Shown in pieces: positions 10,484-19,780 of a DNA stretch of 64,000 bases. The stretch is from Aureliella sp. Its GTDB lineage: Bacteria > Planctomycetota > Planctomycetia > Pirellulales > Pirellulaceae. The DNA lies in assembly GCA_963691875.1 (NCBI GenBank), contig OY829846.1, forward strand, positions 1,984,001 to 2,048,000, read 5' to 3'. The notes under the pieces were generated by a model, which was not told where the DNA came from, ran no database searches, and saw only the letters and a list, made by a program, of their open reading frames with translations. Within the stretch, counting starts at the first letter, position 1. Every line of letters starts with the position of its first letter. The translations under genes and the position numbers were made by a program.

Positions 10484-10755
10484 GAGCAACGATCAAACTG
10501 CCTGCCAACATGCGAGGGCTCGCAGACGACAAGGCGACGCATGAGATCGACGCCGAAACCGTTGGCGACGCATTTGAAACGCTTTGCGAACAGTTTCCTG
10601 AGTTGCAGCCGCGATTGCTGGATGCCAAAGGAGAGGTCCTTTCCTTCGTCAACGTTTTTGTCGGCAGTAAGAACCTTCGCGAGCTAGATGGTGGAGACAC
10701 GCTGCTTACAGGAAACACTGAGATTCTCATCGTCGCAGCACTAGCCGGCGGCTAG
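10480..10755 (+). CDS. MoaD/ThiS ubiquitin-like sulfur carrier
   Basis: 91 aa, FVNVFV strand, C-terminal AALAGG; ATGA overlap with the ThiF gene. Confidence 0.9.
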   Translation: MRATIKLPANMRGLADDKATHEIDAETVGDAFETLCEQFPELQPRLLDAKGEVLSFVNVFVGSKNLRELDGGDTLLTGNTEILIVAALAGG

Positions 10756-10868
10756 TCGAGGGAATGCTGCGTAGCGGATGTCTTCAAGACGTTCGACATT
10801 TCCCATCCGGGCGCACCGATCGGCAGATTGGCTAACACCTCCCCCACACTTCAGCTTGACGAGATCAA

Positions 10869-12320
10869 TTAGGCGGCGCGGGATTGGGCGTGCGATGCGC
10901 AGGTAATCCATTCGGCGATATCATCTTGACTAGGCACGCGGTTGCGTCTGAGAATGCGCTTACCTTCCAAGGTCTGACTGAACTGCTCAATGCGTTTTGC
11001 CAACTCAAACACCTGTTCCGTTGCCAAGGCTTCCTGGTTGCGACAGCCCACTGCGACCAACAACTGAGACTTGTAGCCGCATAGAGCCGGTACTTGGCAG
11101 ACAAGCCGAGCTTGGTCCTGCCATTGCAATAGAAGTTCGATGGTAATCCACCGAGCATTCAACTGTTCCGCAAGCTCCTCAGGCTCCGCATTCAAGAATT
11201 GGCGGACTGTATCGATGCCGATTTTGCGAAACCGCTTCGCTGTTTTGGGGCCAATGGAGGGTGCATCCACCAAATCATGATCCCAATGCAAACTTGGTTC
11301 CGCATCGCTGGTCTGAGTACCGTCTTCTGCCACCGCAGTATTGACTGGGTAGGCTAGCTCATCGGACGAGATTGAAGTCGGCTTCGGCTTCTTGGCGGGC
11401 CGCAGCTGTGAAGCCATCTCGGCGGCGAGTTCCGCTTCTTTTGCTTTTCTCAGCGCTCGAGCTTCGCGCGGCAAGTTCTTTTGGACTTTGCCCGTGGCTT
11501 CAAACTCTTTCAGGATTCGACCCACCGCTAACTTCTCGTTGGTGTCGGAAATTATGCGGACAAACCATGCCATCGGCATGTCGAGAGTTGCGAGAAAAGT
11601 CGTCAGGCTGAGAGAAACTTCGGGCATCGGTGAAGTAGTCTCATCGGCCAAGCGTTCCAAGATCTTGGCCCAACCGCCGATGGCCAGCGCAAAGAGTTCC
11701 GCCAGCACCTTGCGTGACTCCGTATTGAGACCTTCTAGTGGTTTCTTGCAGCCCTTGGCAAGGTCGTACTCGTCGATCAACCAATCGTAGTGCGTGTGCG
11801 ACATGGTCGCAGCTTTTTTTAGACCCTCAGCAAGCCAACCGGATTCTTCGTGCAGTTCGAATTCCCAAGTCAATTGCTTGGCGAGTTCATAGATTTTATC
11901 GTAGGTCTTGCAGACACTCCACTCCATCGGGCGATGCACGACTGACTCTTGTTCGCTCAGCCCAGTGTGCAAAGGCATGACCGGATCGGTAAAGTAGTGG
12001 CTCAGCACTCCGATCGCAAACGCTGCCTTCTTCCACTTGCCTTCATTCAGCAACTCGACCGATTGCTTCCACCATTGGTCGCATGCCGAAAGAGCTCCGC
12101 CCCAGCAGTTGTCGCTGATGTGCACTACATGGTTCTTGAAGTCCTTGAAGTTGCTGTCCGGTGCTTTGGCGCCGACCAAGTATTCGTCATGATGCTTTAG
12201 AAGTAGCTTTGCGAGCAGTTTCCCCTGAGGAGAGGTGATGTGAGAAAGTGCATCGATCGCAAAGTAATGGTGGGTGCTTCGGCAGTGCGCAGCGCGTAGA
12301 ATAGTCAGCAACCGAGACAC
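10869..12320 (-). CDS. Zn-dependent phospholipase C/S1-P1-like domain fused to DUF4332 (HhH) domain
   Basis: N-terminal STHH, APD, SHYFTDPVMPLH metal ligands; C-terminal DAPSIGPKTA and WQDQARL. Confidence 0.8.
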   Translation of the reverse strand: MSRLLTILRAAHCRSTHHYFAIDALSHITSPQGKLLAKLLLKHHDEYLVGAKAPDSNFKDFKNHVVHISDNCWGGALSACDQWWKQSVELLNEGKWKKAAFAIGVLSHYFTDPVMPLHTGLSEQESVVHRPMEWSVCKTYDKIYELAKQLTWEFELHEESGWLAEGLKKAATMSHTHYDWLIDEYDLAKGCKKPLEGLNTESRKVLAELFALAIGGWAKILERLADETTSPMPEVSLSLTTFLATLDMPMAWFVRIISDTNEKLAVGRILKEFEATGKVQKNLPREARALRKAKEAELAAEMASQLRPAKKPKPTSISSDELAYPVNTAVAEDGTQTSDAEPSLHWDHDLVDAPSIGPKTAKRFRKIGIDTVRQFLNAEPEELAEQLNARWITIELLLQWQDQARLVCQVPALCGYKSQLLVAVGCRNQEALATEQVFELAKRIEQFSQTLEGKRILRRNRVPSQDDIAEWITCASHAQSRAA

Positions 12321-12447
12321 TTTGCTAGCTTTCGCAAATGAACGGAGAGGGTGGGATCATCCTTGGAGCAGTCGGAAGGATAGCAGGCTTGCCGTTTTGC
12401 TTGCTACTCCGATTTCACGTCCGGGAGCCATGGAAACCGAGGACAAA

Positions 12448-12867
12448 ATGAACGAGACCTACAACCCCACTAACCAACCTCCTGCCTCTAGTGCGGCACA
12501 AACACTTGCCGTCTCTTATGCACTCGGAGTAGTCGGTGCGTTAATCGGAGCCATCGTGTCCTTCTACCTTTACCGCTACACACTTCAATTCGGCATGGTC
12601 TTCATGGCGCTGCCAGGAGCACTAGCTGGCTTGGGCTGCGGGTACTTATCTAAAATTCGCTCGATCCCGCTTGGGATCGTGGCGGCCATCGTGTCTATTG
12701 CTGCCGCTATATTTATGCGTTATTCGAATTGGGTGCTTGTAGACCAGCACAGTTTTGGGCACTACCTGAGCAACGGTATTTGGTGGAGCTCGATGAGTGG
12801 CAAGCTGATGATTGGTACCAGCGGCCTGTTCGGTTTTTGGCTGGGAATAGGGCGTCAACGTAGATAG
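12448..12867 (+). CDS. Hypothetical membrane protein
   Basis: Four Gly-rich hydrophobic helices; GAGGA RBS before ATG 12448. Confidence 0.65.
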   Translation: MNETYNPTNQPPASSAAQTLAVSYALGVVGALIGAIVSFYLYRYTLQFGMVFMALPGALAGLGCGYLSKIRSIPLGIVAAIVSIAAAIFMRYSNWVLVDQHSFGHYLSNGIWWSSMSGKLMIGTSGLFGFWLGIGRQRR

Positions 12868-12931
12868 CTTAAGAGGAAGGATCATCCCGCGCGACCCTAC
12901 CGGGGCGTACGAAAACCAACGGTGCCACTTA

Positions 12932-13045
12932 CTTAGTCGGTAGTAGCACCGGAGCTAACGCTCGGCGGCTAAGAGGAGCATCCGACGTTAGCCGTTTCGC
13001 CGTCAGCGAGCGATCCTCCGCTGTCCCTCGCTCATGCTTCGGGAC
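12932..13045. repeat. Degenerate REP-like extragenic inverted repeats
   Basis: CGGCTAA (12966-12972)/TTAGCCG (12988-12994) and CGTCAGCGAG...CCTCGCTCATGCTTCGGG in an intergenic gap. Confidence 0.4.
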
Positions 13046-13194
13046 ACCAAACCGCGCAGCTTCAAACTACACTAAGCCCTAAGCATGCTATGCCGCGCTG
13101 GTCTTTCAACCTTGAGATCTGCTAGAATGACGTCTCCACTAAGGCCACGTTGAGCTTGTTCACTCAGCTTCCCTCCCGCCGAGGCCGACGAAGC

Positions 13195-14613
13195 ATGCTT
13201 ATTTTTCGATCTGGCAATAGATTTACAAATTGCACTGGAATCGAGCGCAGAAGTTTTCTTTACGCTGGCTCGCTCGGACTAGCTGGTCTGAGTCTCCCTG
13301 ATGTGCTGGCCGCCGAAGACTCTGTAGCTGGCTCACCGAAAGCAGCCTCAAAGAAGTCCGTCATCATTTTACACCTGGATGGTGGACCACCTCAGATGGA
13401 TCTGATTGATCCCAAGCCACAGGCTCCTGTCGAATTGCGGAGTCCCTTTCGCCCGATCTCAACAAATGTTCCCGGTGTGCAATTGACGGAGCTGATGCCC
13501 AAGTGCGCGCGGATAACTGATCGCATTGCCTTGCTCCGGTCGTTGGTTGGGTCCGATGGCAAACATCATGCCTTTCAATGTCAGTCGGGCTATCACGAAA
13601 AAGTTCTTCGAGCTGCCGGCGGCCGCCCTGCACTTGGCTGTGTGGTTAACCATTTGTTCAATTCTCCTGTTGACCAAGTTCCCAACTTTGTGGATCTGAT
13701 GCAAGGACGGCCCCTGGTGCGCAACAGTGCTCGACCGGGTTTTCTCGGGCCCAGCGCCAAGGCCTTTCGGCCGGATATCTCGGATCGCTGGCATCGAGAA
13801 CTTGAGGAAGGCATGAAAGGTGAGCTTGCTCGACTGGGCAAGAATCACAAGACATCGCTGCGTATGATCGATGAGATTTCTGTTTCGCGGCTCGACAACC
13901 GCCTCGAATTGCTAGGCGGGCTAGATCGCTTCAAGAAGCAACTGGATAGCAGTGGGGCGATGGAAGCGATGGATGAATTTCATCGACAGGCTTATCGCGT
14001 CCTGACAAGTGGCACTTTTGCGGACGCGATGAATTTAGATGCTGAGTCACCAGAAATGGTCGCGCACTACACGCCAAAGACAAAGTGGGGAGGAAAGCAA
14101 ACGTACACCACCGAAGGACCGGATGCGATCCAAAAGTTCTTGCTCGCTCGGCGCCTTATCGAAGCCGGTGTACGAGTGGTGAGTCTATCGCTAAGCGATT
14201 TCGACACGCACGCGGACAACAACGTTCGAATGCAACACCTCGGGCCACTGTTTGATTTTGGCTTTCACGCATTGATCACAGATCTTGAACAACGCGGGAT
14301 GCTGGAAGACGTGCTCGTCCTGGCTTGGGGAGAATTTGGGCGGACGCCAAAGTACAACGAAAAAGGAGGACGCGATCACTGGCCAAAGCTTTCCATGGGC
14401 ATGATGGCTGGAGGCAAGATCTCCGGCAGTGCAGTGCTTGGCGCGAGCGATAAGGTGGCGGCGGAGCCAACAGAGCGTCCAATTTCTTTCGCTGATGTGA
14501 TTGCGACAATCTACCAACATCTCGGCATATCTCCTCAGCGAATCGTTTACGATTCAAGCCGTCGCCCGCATGTATTGATGGATGAAGGCGAAGTCCTCGA
14601 AGAGCTCACCTGA
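13195..14613 (+). CDS. DUF1501 protein (Tat-like N-terminus)
   Basis: ERRSFL, LDGGPPQMD..DPKP, WGEFGRTP, GGRDHWP. Confidence 0.92.
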   Translation: MLIFRSGNRFTNCTGIERRSFLYAGSLGLAGLSLPDVLAAEDSVAGSPKAASKKSVIILHLDGGPPQMDLIDPKPQAPVELRSPFRPISTNVPGVQLTELMPKCARITDRIALLRSLVGSDGKHHAFQCQSGYHEKVLRAAGGRPALGCVVNHLFNSPVDQVPNFVDLMQGRPLVRNSARPGFLGPSAKAFRPDISDRWHRELEEGMKGELARLGKNHKTSLRMIDEISVSRLDNRLELLGGLDRFKKQLDSSGAMEAMDEFHRQAYRVLTSGTFADAMNLDAESPEMVAHYTPKTKWGGKQTYTTEGPDAIQKFLLARRLIEAGVRVVSLSLSDFDTHADNNVRMQHLGPLFDFGFHALITDLEQRGMLEDVLVLAWGEFGRTPKYNEKGGRDHWPKLSMGMMAGGKISGSAVLGASDKVAAEPTERPISFADVIATIYQHLGISPQRIVYDSSRRPHVLMDEGEVLEELT

Positions 14614-14714
14614 GCATTTCTCTTCGCTCAAACCTGATACGAACCGAAATCGTTTTCGCTGCGACAAGCTTCTTGGCGTCACTTCTGGCACAGCAGCCCA
14701 CGTTCGCGAGCAAT

Positions 14715-14974
14715 ATGTCGAGCGAACCTCCTGAAACGACCTCTCCCGACCATCCTGACGTAGAAACGCTCCAGGCGTGAGTGGTCGGGATCGGTGCTTC
14801 CGCAGGCGGTCTGAAGAGTATCGAAACGTTCTTCGAGCAAGTAGACGAGATACGGTCTGTGCTTTCATCGTCGTCCAGCATCTGCCGCCAGACAGTTCTA
14901 GCATGATGCCAGAGATCCTTGCGAGGCGTACGAGACTACCTGATTCAGCGGCGGAACAAGGCAACAAAGTCTGA
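14715..14974 (+). pseudogene. cheB: CheB methylesterase N-terminal remnant
   Basis: ATG 14715, in-frame TGA 14778-14780, then VVGIGASAGGLKSIETFF; frameshift near 14850 into FIVVQHLPPDSSSMMPEILAR; stop at 14974. Confidence 0.75.
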
Positions 14975-15060
14975 AGCACAGTAGAGCGATTAGGCCGCCA
15001 GTCCTCCGTCAGCGGCTCCGGCGTTAGCCGCTCACTCGCTATCCATTTGTTCACCAAACT

Positions 15061-17988
15061 CTAGTGAAGAACCGGGTGCTTGCGATACAGGTCTCGCAAG
15101 CCTTGCTCCGAAAATCCGCAGAAAAGGAAGTTCGTCCGTCGCAGGTGTTTGATGCTAAGCAGTGTTTCTAGCGATTGATCAGAAATCGCGGAAGAAGCGG
15201 CAGACAAGATGGAAAGCGTCGTGTGATGCTGAAAGGCACTTAGCCCGACATCAGTGATCAAAGTACGATCGAGATTTAAAGACTTCAGGTTGGGCAGTCT
15301 GGCGATCACAGCGATACCGCGATTCCCCACATCTGTGTCGCTCAGGTCCAAATGCTCCAGTCGGGAAAGCTGCCCAATAGATCGCGCGCCGTAATTGCCG
15401 ATGTTCGCCCCGGAAAGACTCAAGGACTTCAGTTTTTGAAGTTCAGCCAAGGCGACAAAGCCGCGCGGGCTGATTCCAAAGCAATTCCGCAACTCCAGCT
15501 CTTCCAGTTCGGGCAACTTGGCTAACACCTTGATGACGTCGTCCGTCAAACGACAGGAATTTAGACGCAAGCTTTTCAGCTTTCTGAGCGTCGCCAGTGA
15601 CATCAATTCACGTTCGTTCAAACGCCCACGATATTTGCCGGCAGAACCTGCCTCCTCAACCAACAAATGGGTGATTGCACCGCGTTCATTACGGTGCACG
15701 GTCGCAAGAGATCGCCATGCTTGCTGAAGATCCTGTTCGTTGTCCTGGAAGGCGACTTCGAGCGGTCCTTGATCCGGAAAGTGATCTTGTTTGACGAGAG
15801 AAACCGCTTGGCGCACTCTCGCATCGGAATCACTCGCCAACACCTCGAGCAAATAACGATGTTCTTCACGCCCAAACCAAGCAATCAAAGCTCCAACACT
15901 TCGACGCACCTTGGAAGAAGGGTGATACGCGAGCGACTTGACGGAATCAGCCATCTTCAAGCTTAGGTGACGGAGACCAGCTCGCCGCTTGAGCGCGAAT
16001 TTCGTCCATTCTTGGAAGTATTCTGGTACCGTCGCGAGCGTTTTCATCACTTCTTTGTCTGCACATTCGAGCAACAAATGCATTGCGAGCCAGCGATTGG
16101 CTTCGTAGGGATCGAGTGCACATAGTGCCAGCTCCTGACGTGGAATCGCGGCCCCGCGTTTCCAACGATCCACCCCCAAAAGAGCCAAACGGCGGGTCCA
16201 AGCACTCTTGGATCTGAGACGCGTGCGCAACAATGCAATCACTTCATCTGTGGATGACTGCGTGAACTCTTCACCAGCACTAACCAACTGAGAAAGTGAA
16301 TGCAATGCACCGACAGTGTCATCCGCTGAAGCCGCAAGCAACTTCTGTAACTCCTCAGAAGTCGGTTTTTGTTGTAGAGAGTCTTCGGCTTCAACAGGGG
16401 ACGCATTTCCCCGCAACACCAACTTAACGAACTCGTCTTGGCTCAGTGAAGGCGCAAGCTTTAGCCGTTTCCCTTGGTGGCTCACAGCCAAGCGGCTTTC
16501 CTGTTCAACGTTACTCCACTGTTCGCACTTAAAGTCCGCTGGACGACTCCATGGAACAGATCGGGGAGAATCCAATAACTGAATCCCCTCCTCTTTAACG
16601 CTCTTCATCGCATTGGCATTCGGCAGAATCGGACGCTGAAAGCTCGTATGGAAACTGAATCTATTGGCATGATCTGAGCGGAACGCCTCGGGCATCTGCG
16701 ATTGCAGCAACCGGTTATGCACACTGCTCCACGGCTCGTTTAGGCGAAACTGCGAATAGAGATCCTGGTGCCCTAGAAAGGGCAAGAGTTCCACTCGCCA
16801 GCTGAGCAGAGCTTTGCCCTGCGAATTCCGAATGTCTTGCGGTGCCTTTCCGTTCACGATCTTGTATCGACGAATCGCGATACTGATCTGAGAAAGCGAC
16901 TTCTCTGTTAGCTCGTTCTGTCGCTTTCGAGCCTGGCCTTGCTGATACAACTTCACCACGCGATCAGCAAAACCTAATACTCGATCTACAACACCAGAAT
17001 CCGTGCTGGCGAACACTAACTCACCTGCTGCTTCTCGATGCTGCATACTGCTAGTTGCATCTAGGAAATTTTTTTCGAGCCCTATCGAGTCGTATGCCGC
17101 AAATCCAAGATCCGTGTGCAATTCATGAATGAGAGGAGAAATCCAGGCTCGCCAACCATCCAACCTAGCATCGGCGATAATGCTCTCAGATTGAAAACTA
17201 ACTGCAAGCCCTTCGGCGTCGGAGGCATTCAGTGTTCCGCAAATCCAGTCGAACCCTGGTCTTGAACCCGATTGCCGTGACTGAATCAACCTGCTCAGAT
17301 GCGACGCATCGTATTCGCCGTGTGTACCTAGGATATGTCGCAAACGTTCGTCCGCGATGGCAAAAGCAAGCTGTGCGTCGGGCTGCAATTCAGCGAACTG
17401 CTCGTAGATGTCAGGAAGTTGCGGAGCCGGCCATGCTGCCAATGACCGTACCTCCTCTTGCTGATCGCGACCTGCCGCGAGTAGACGCGCTGGTGATGAA
17501 GGAAAGGGCGAGAGGATTGCCGTTCTACTGTTGGGAATCAGCACCTGCATCCCGCCTTCTGGGCGGACAGGAAAGTAAAACTTATATTCCGCGTCATGAT
17601 GCTCGCTTGCCCCTGGGGAAATCCATTGCACCAACGCTTTGGCATCAAAGGGTAGTCGGAATCGCAGGATTATACCGTAGCCGACTGGCCCCTCTTCAAT
17701 CTGAGGTACGACGACAGCTGTGACACTTTTGAGCTCGTTCAACTCGAATGGAAGTTTGCCCAACATCGCGAGACCTGGTAGCTCGGCGCGTTGAGTGGCG
17801 GCACACAGCGTGTTTGGGCGTAGCACAACTGCTGCCAGTGCATCCCGAGGAACGTACTGAAGCTCGGAAGCAAAGGCTTGCGTTGCCCCTGCCCGCTCAG
17901 CAATCGGCTCCTCAGCTTGGCACAGAAAGTTGAGATTAAATAACGAAGTTGCAGTGAGCAGTAGCAAGATCGTCTGCGCGGAGCGCAT
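15061..17988 (-). CDS. Large exported protein with DUF1559-like, HEAT-repeat and leucine-rich-repeat regions
   Basis: Signal peptide; LSWRVELLPFLG..LYSQFRLNEPWSS; SDSDARVRQAV; repeated LxxLxL LRRs such as LKSLNLDRTLITDVGL. Confidence 0.8.
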   Translation of the reverse strand: MRSAQTILLLLTATSLFNLNFLCQAEEPIAERAGATQAFASELQYVPRDALAAVVLRPNTLCAATQRAELPGLAMLGKLPFELNELKSVTAVVVPQIEEGPVGYGIILRFRLPFDAKALVQWISPGASEHHDAEYKFYFPVRPEGGMQVLIPNSRTAILSPFPSSPARLLAAGRDQQEEVRSLAAWPAPQLPDIYEQFAELQPDAQLAFAIADERLRHILGTHGEYDASHLSRLIQSRQSGSRPGFDWICGTLNASDAEGLAVSFQSESIIADARLDGWRAWISPLIHELHTDLGFAAYDSIGLEKNFLDATSSMQHREAAGELVFASTDSGVVDRVLGFADRVVKLYQQGQARKRQNELTEKSLSQISIAIRRYKIVNGKAPQDIRNSQGKALLSWRVELLPFLGHQDLYSQFRLNEPWSSVHNRLLQSQMPEAFRSDHANRFSFHTSFQRPILPNANAMKSVKEEGIQLLDSPRSVPWSRPADFKCEQWSNVEQESRLAVSHQGKRLKLAPSLSQDEFVKLVLRGNASPVEAEDSLQQKPTSEELQKLLAASADDTVGALHSLSQLVSAGEEFTQSSTDEVIALLRTRLRSKSAWTRRLALLGVDRWKRGAAIPRQELALCALDPYEANRWLAMHLLLECADKEVMKTLATVPEYFQEWTKFALKRRAGLRHLSLKMADSVKSLAYHPSSKVRRSVGALIAWFGREEHRYLLEVLASDSDARVRQAVSLVKQDHFPDQGPLEVAFQDNEQDLQQAWRSLATVHRNERGAITHLLVEEAGSAGKYRGRLNERELMSLATLRKLKSLRLNSCRLTDDVIKVLAKLPELEELELRNCFGISPRGFVALAELQKLKSLSLSGANIGNYGARSIGQLSRLEHLDLSDTDVGNRGIAVIARLPNLKSLNLDRTLITDVGLSAFQHHTTLSILSAASSAISDQSLETLLSIKHLRRTNFLFCGFSEQGLRDLYRKHPVLH

Positions 17989-18395
17989 CTTATCCCTCTC
18001 CCTAGTTATCCCAATTGGTGAATACAAGAACCAGTCCCTGGCGCTTCGGGGATGATAAGGCCATTAAGGTAGCATGTGCACGTGGAGATTGCTATGAAAC
18101 CGGTCGCAAATTAGTTTATCGCGAATCCCATTCCTCCGTCGCGCGCAGGTTGGATTGGCTTGTCTGCTCGATCCAGGCACATTCACTGCTTGAACGTGTT
18201 CTAATACCCAACGCGATAACACTGGACGCCCCTCGCAGAGGTATAAAGTCAGCTGGAGTTTGGCCCGATGTTTCTGGCAACCAACTAATGCTTGCTAGCA
18301 TCGACTAATCGCGATCATGAGCCGTCCGGACTCTCTTCGGTTCCCGCCCCCCTAAAGTCTTCCTAACTAATACATCTTCGCTTGGAGAGTATCGG

Positions 18396-19700
18396 ATGCG
18401 ATTCACCATCATGGCTTCCTTCATCTTTTTTTCATTCTGTCTCGAACACTCTAATGCTGAAGACAAAGCACTCCGGAAGCGTCTTGAGGACTTGAACGCA
18501 GAGAAAGCCGACCATTGGATCTACAATGACATCGAGGCTGGATTCGCCGAAGCAAAGAAAACCGGTAAGCCGTTGTTCATCACTTTCCGGTGTGTACCTT
18601 GCATCGATTGCTTGGGCTTCGATGGCGAAGTGGCAGATGGGAACGAAGCAATCAAGCAGCTTGCTCGTGAGAAATTCGTGAGCGTTCGGCAAGTCGAAAT
18701 GAAGGGTGTCGATCTGACTCGATTTCAATTCGATCACGATTTGAATTGGGCAGGCATGTTTCTCAACGCAGATGGGACAGTCTACGCTCGTTATGGAACT
18801 CAGAGCGCAGCCGGTGCGGACGCGTTCAATTCGGTCAAGGGTTTAGTCAGTACGATGAACCAAGTTCTCGAGTTGCACGCAGACTACCCCAACAACAAAG
18901 CTCTTTTTACGGACAAGATTCCACCACAGAAGGAGTGGAAAACGCCTCGCGATCTCCCGATGCTTGACCCCAAGCTGATGAAAGAAGCTCAGACGACCCG
19001 CTCACATTGCATTCACTGCCACAATATCCACGATGCAGAGAACGAATTGTGGGAGCATACTGATTCATTGTCGAACGAGAGGCTATGGCGATACCCTTAC
19101 CCATCCAATCTCGGCGTAAAAATAAGTGTTCGTGATGGACGGACGATTACTGAAATCATGCCAAATTCATCAGCGGAGAAAGCAGGTCTTCGAGCCGGGC
19201 AAGAAATTGATCAGGTCAACGGGCAAGTGATAACGTCGGTCGCAGACTTTCAATGGTTCTTACATCACTTGAAACCTAGTGCTGGTCAGCGCGTCGATGT
19301 CCGTTTAGCTGACGGCTCGACGGCTTCAATGACAACCAGCAAAGATTGGAAAGAGACAGACATCAGTTGGCGAGCCAGCATTTTCTCCCTCAGTCCGAAG
19401 CTACGCATTTGGATGCCTCAGCTCAAAGAAAACGAGCGCAAAAAGTATTCCTTAGAGGTAGACCCAAACGGCCTACTCGTGAAGTGGATCAATCGTGGAA
19501 CGACAGCGGGCAAGGCTGCGGTAAAAGCCGGGCTACGAAATGGCGACGTGGTCATCGCAGCCAATGGGGTCGCCGTTCCAGAAAACAATGCCGCTTTCAA
19601 TACTTGGGTAAAACTCAATCATGAAGTCGGCGAGACGTTGGAACTGTCCATTCTGCGTGGTGGAAAAAAGATTGTGATTGAGTTACCGTTGGTGGAGTAG
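18396..19700 (+). CDS. Thioredoxin-like (Trx7)/PDZ protein with CxxCH motif
   Basis: GKPLFITFRCVPCIDC; HCIHCH; two PDZ-like segments (SAEKAGLRAGQEI, AVKAGLRNGDVV). Confidence 0.85.
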   Translation: MRFTIMASFIFFSFCLEHSNAEDKALRKRLEDLNAEKADHWIYNDIEAGFAEAKKTGKPLFITFRCVPCIDCLGFDGEVADGNEAIKQLAREKFVSVRQVEMKGVDLTRFQFDHDLNWAGMFLNADGTVYARYGTQSAAGADAFNSVKGLVSTMNQVLELHADYPNNKALFTDKIPPQKEWKTPRDLPMLDPKLMKEAQTTRSHCIHCHNIHDAENELWEHTDSLSNERLWRYPYPSNLGVKISVRDGRTITEIMPNSSAEKAGLRAGQEIDQVNGQVITSVADFQWFLHHLKPSAGQRVDVRLADGSTASMTTSKDWKETDISWRASIFSLSPKLRIWMPQLKENERKKYSLEVDPNGLLVKWINRGTTAGKAAVKAGLRNGDVVIAANGVAVPENNAAFNTWVKLNHEVGETLELSILRGGKKIVIELPLVE

Positions 19701-19780
19701 CGTACCAATTGGGTGATAGTGCTCCTTGGTTACCATGCTTGTTACTCTCAATTTTTGCTCCGTTCTGAAAAGTAGATTGC

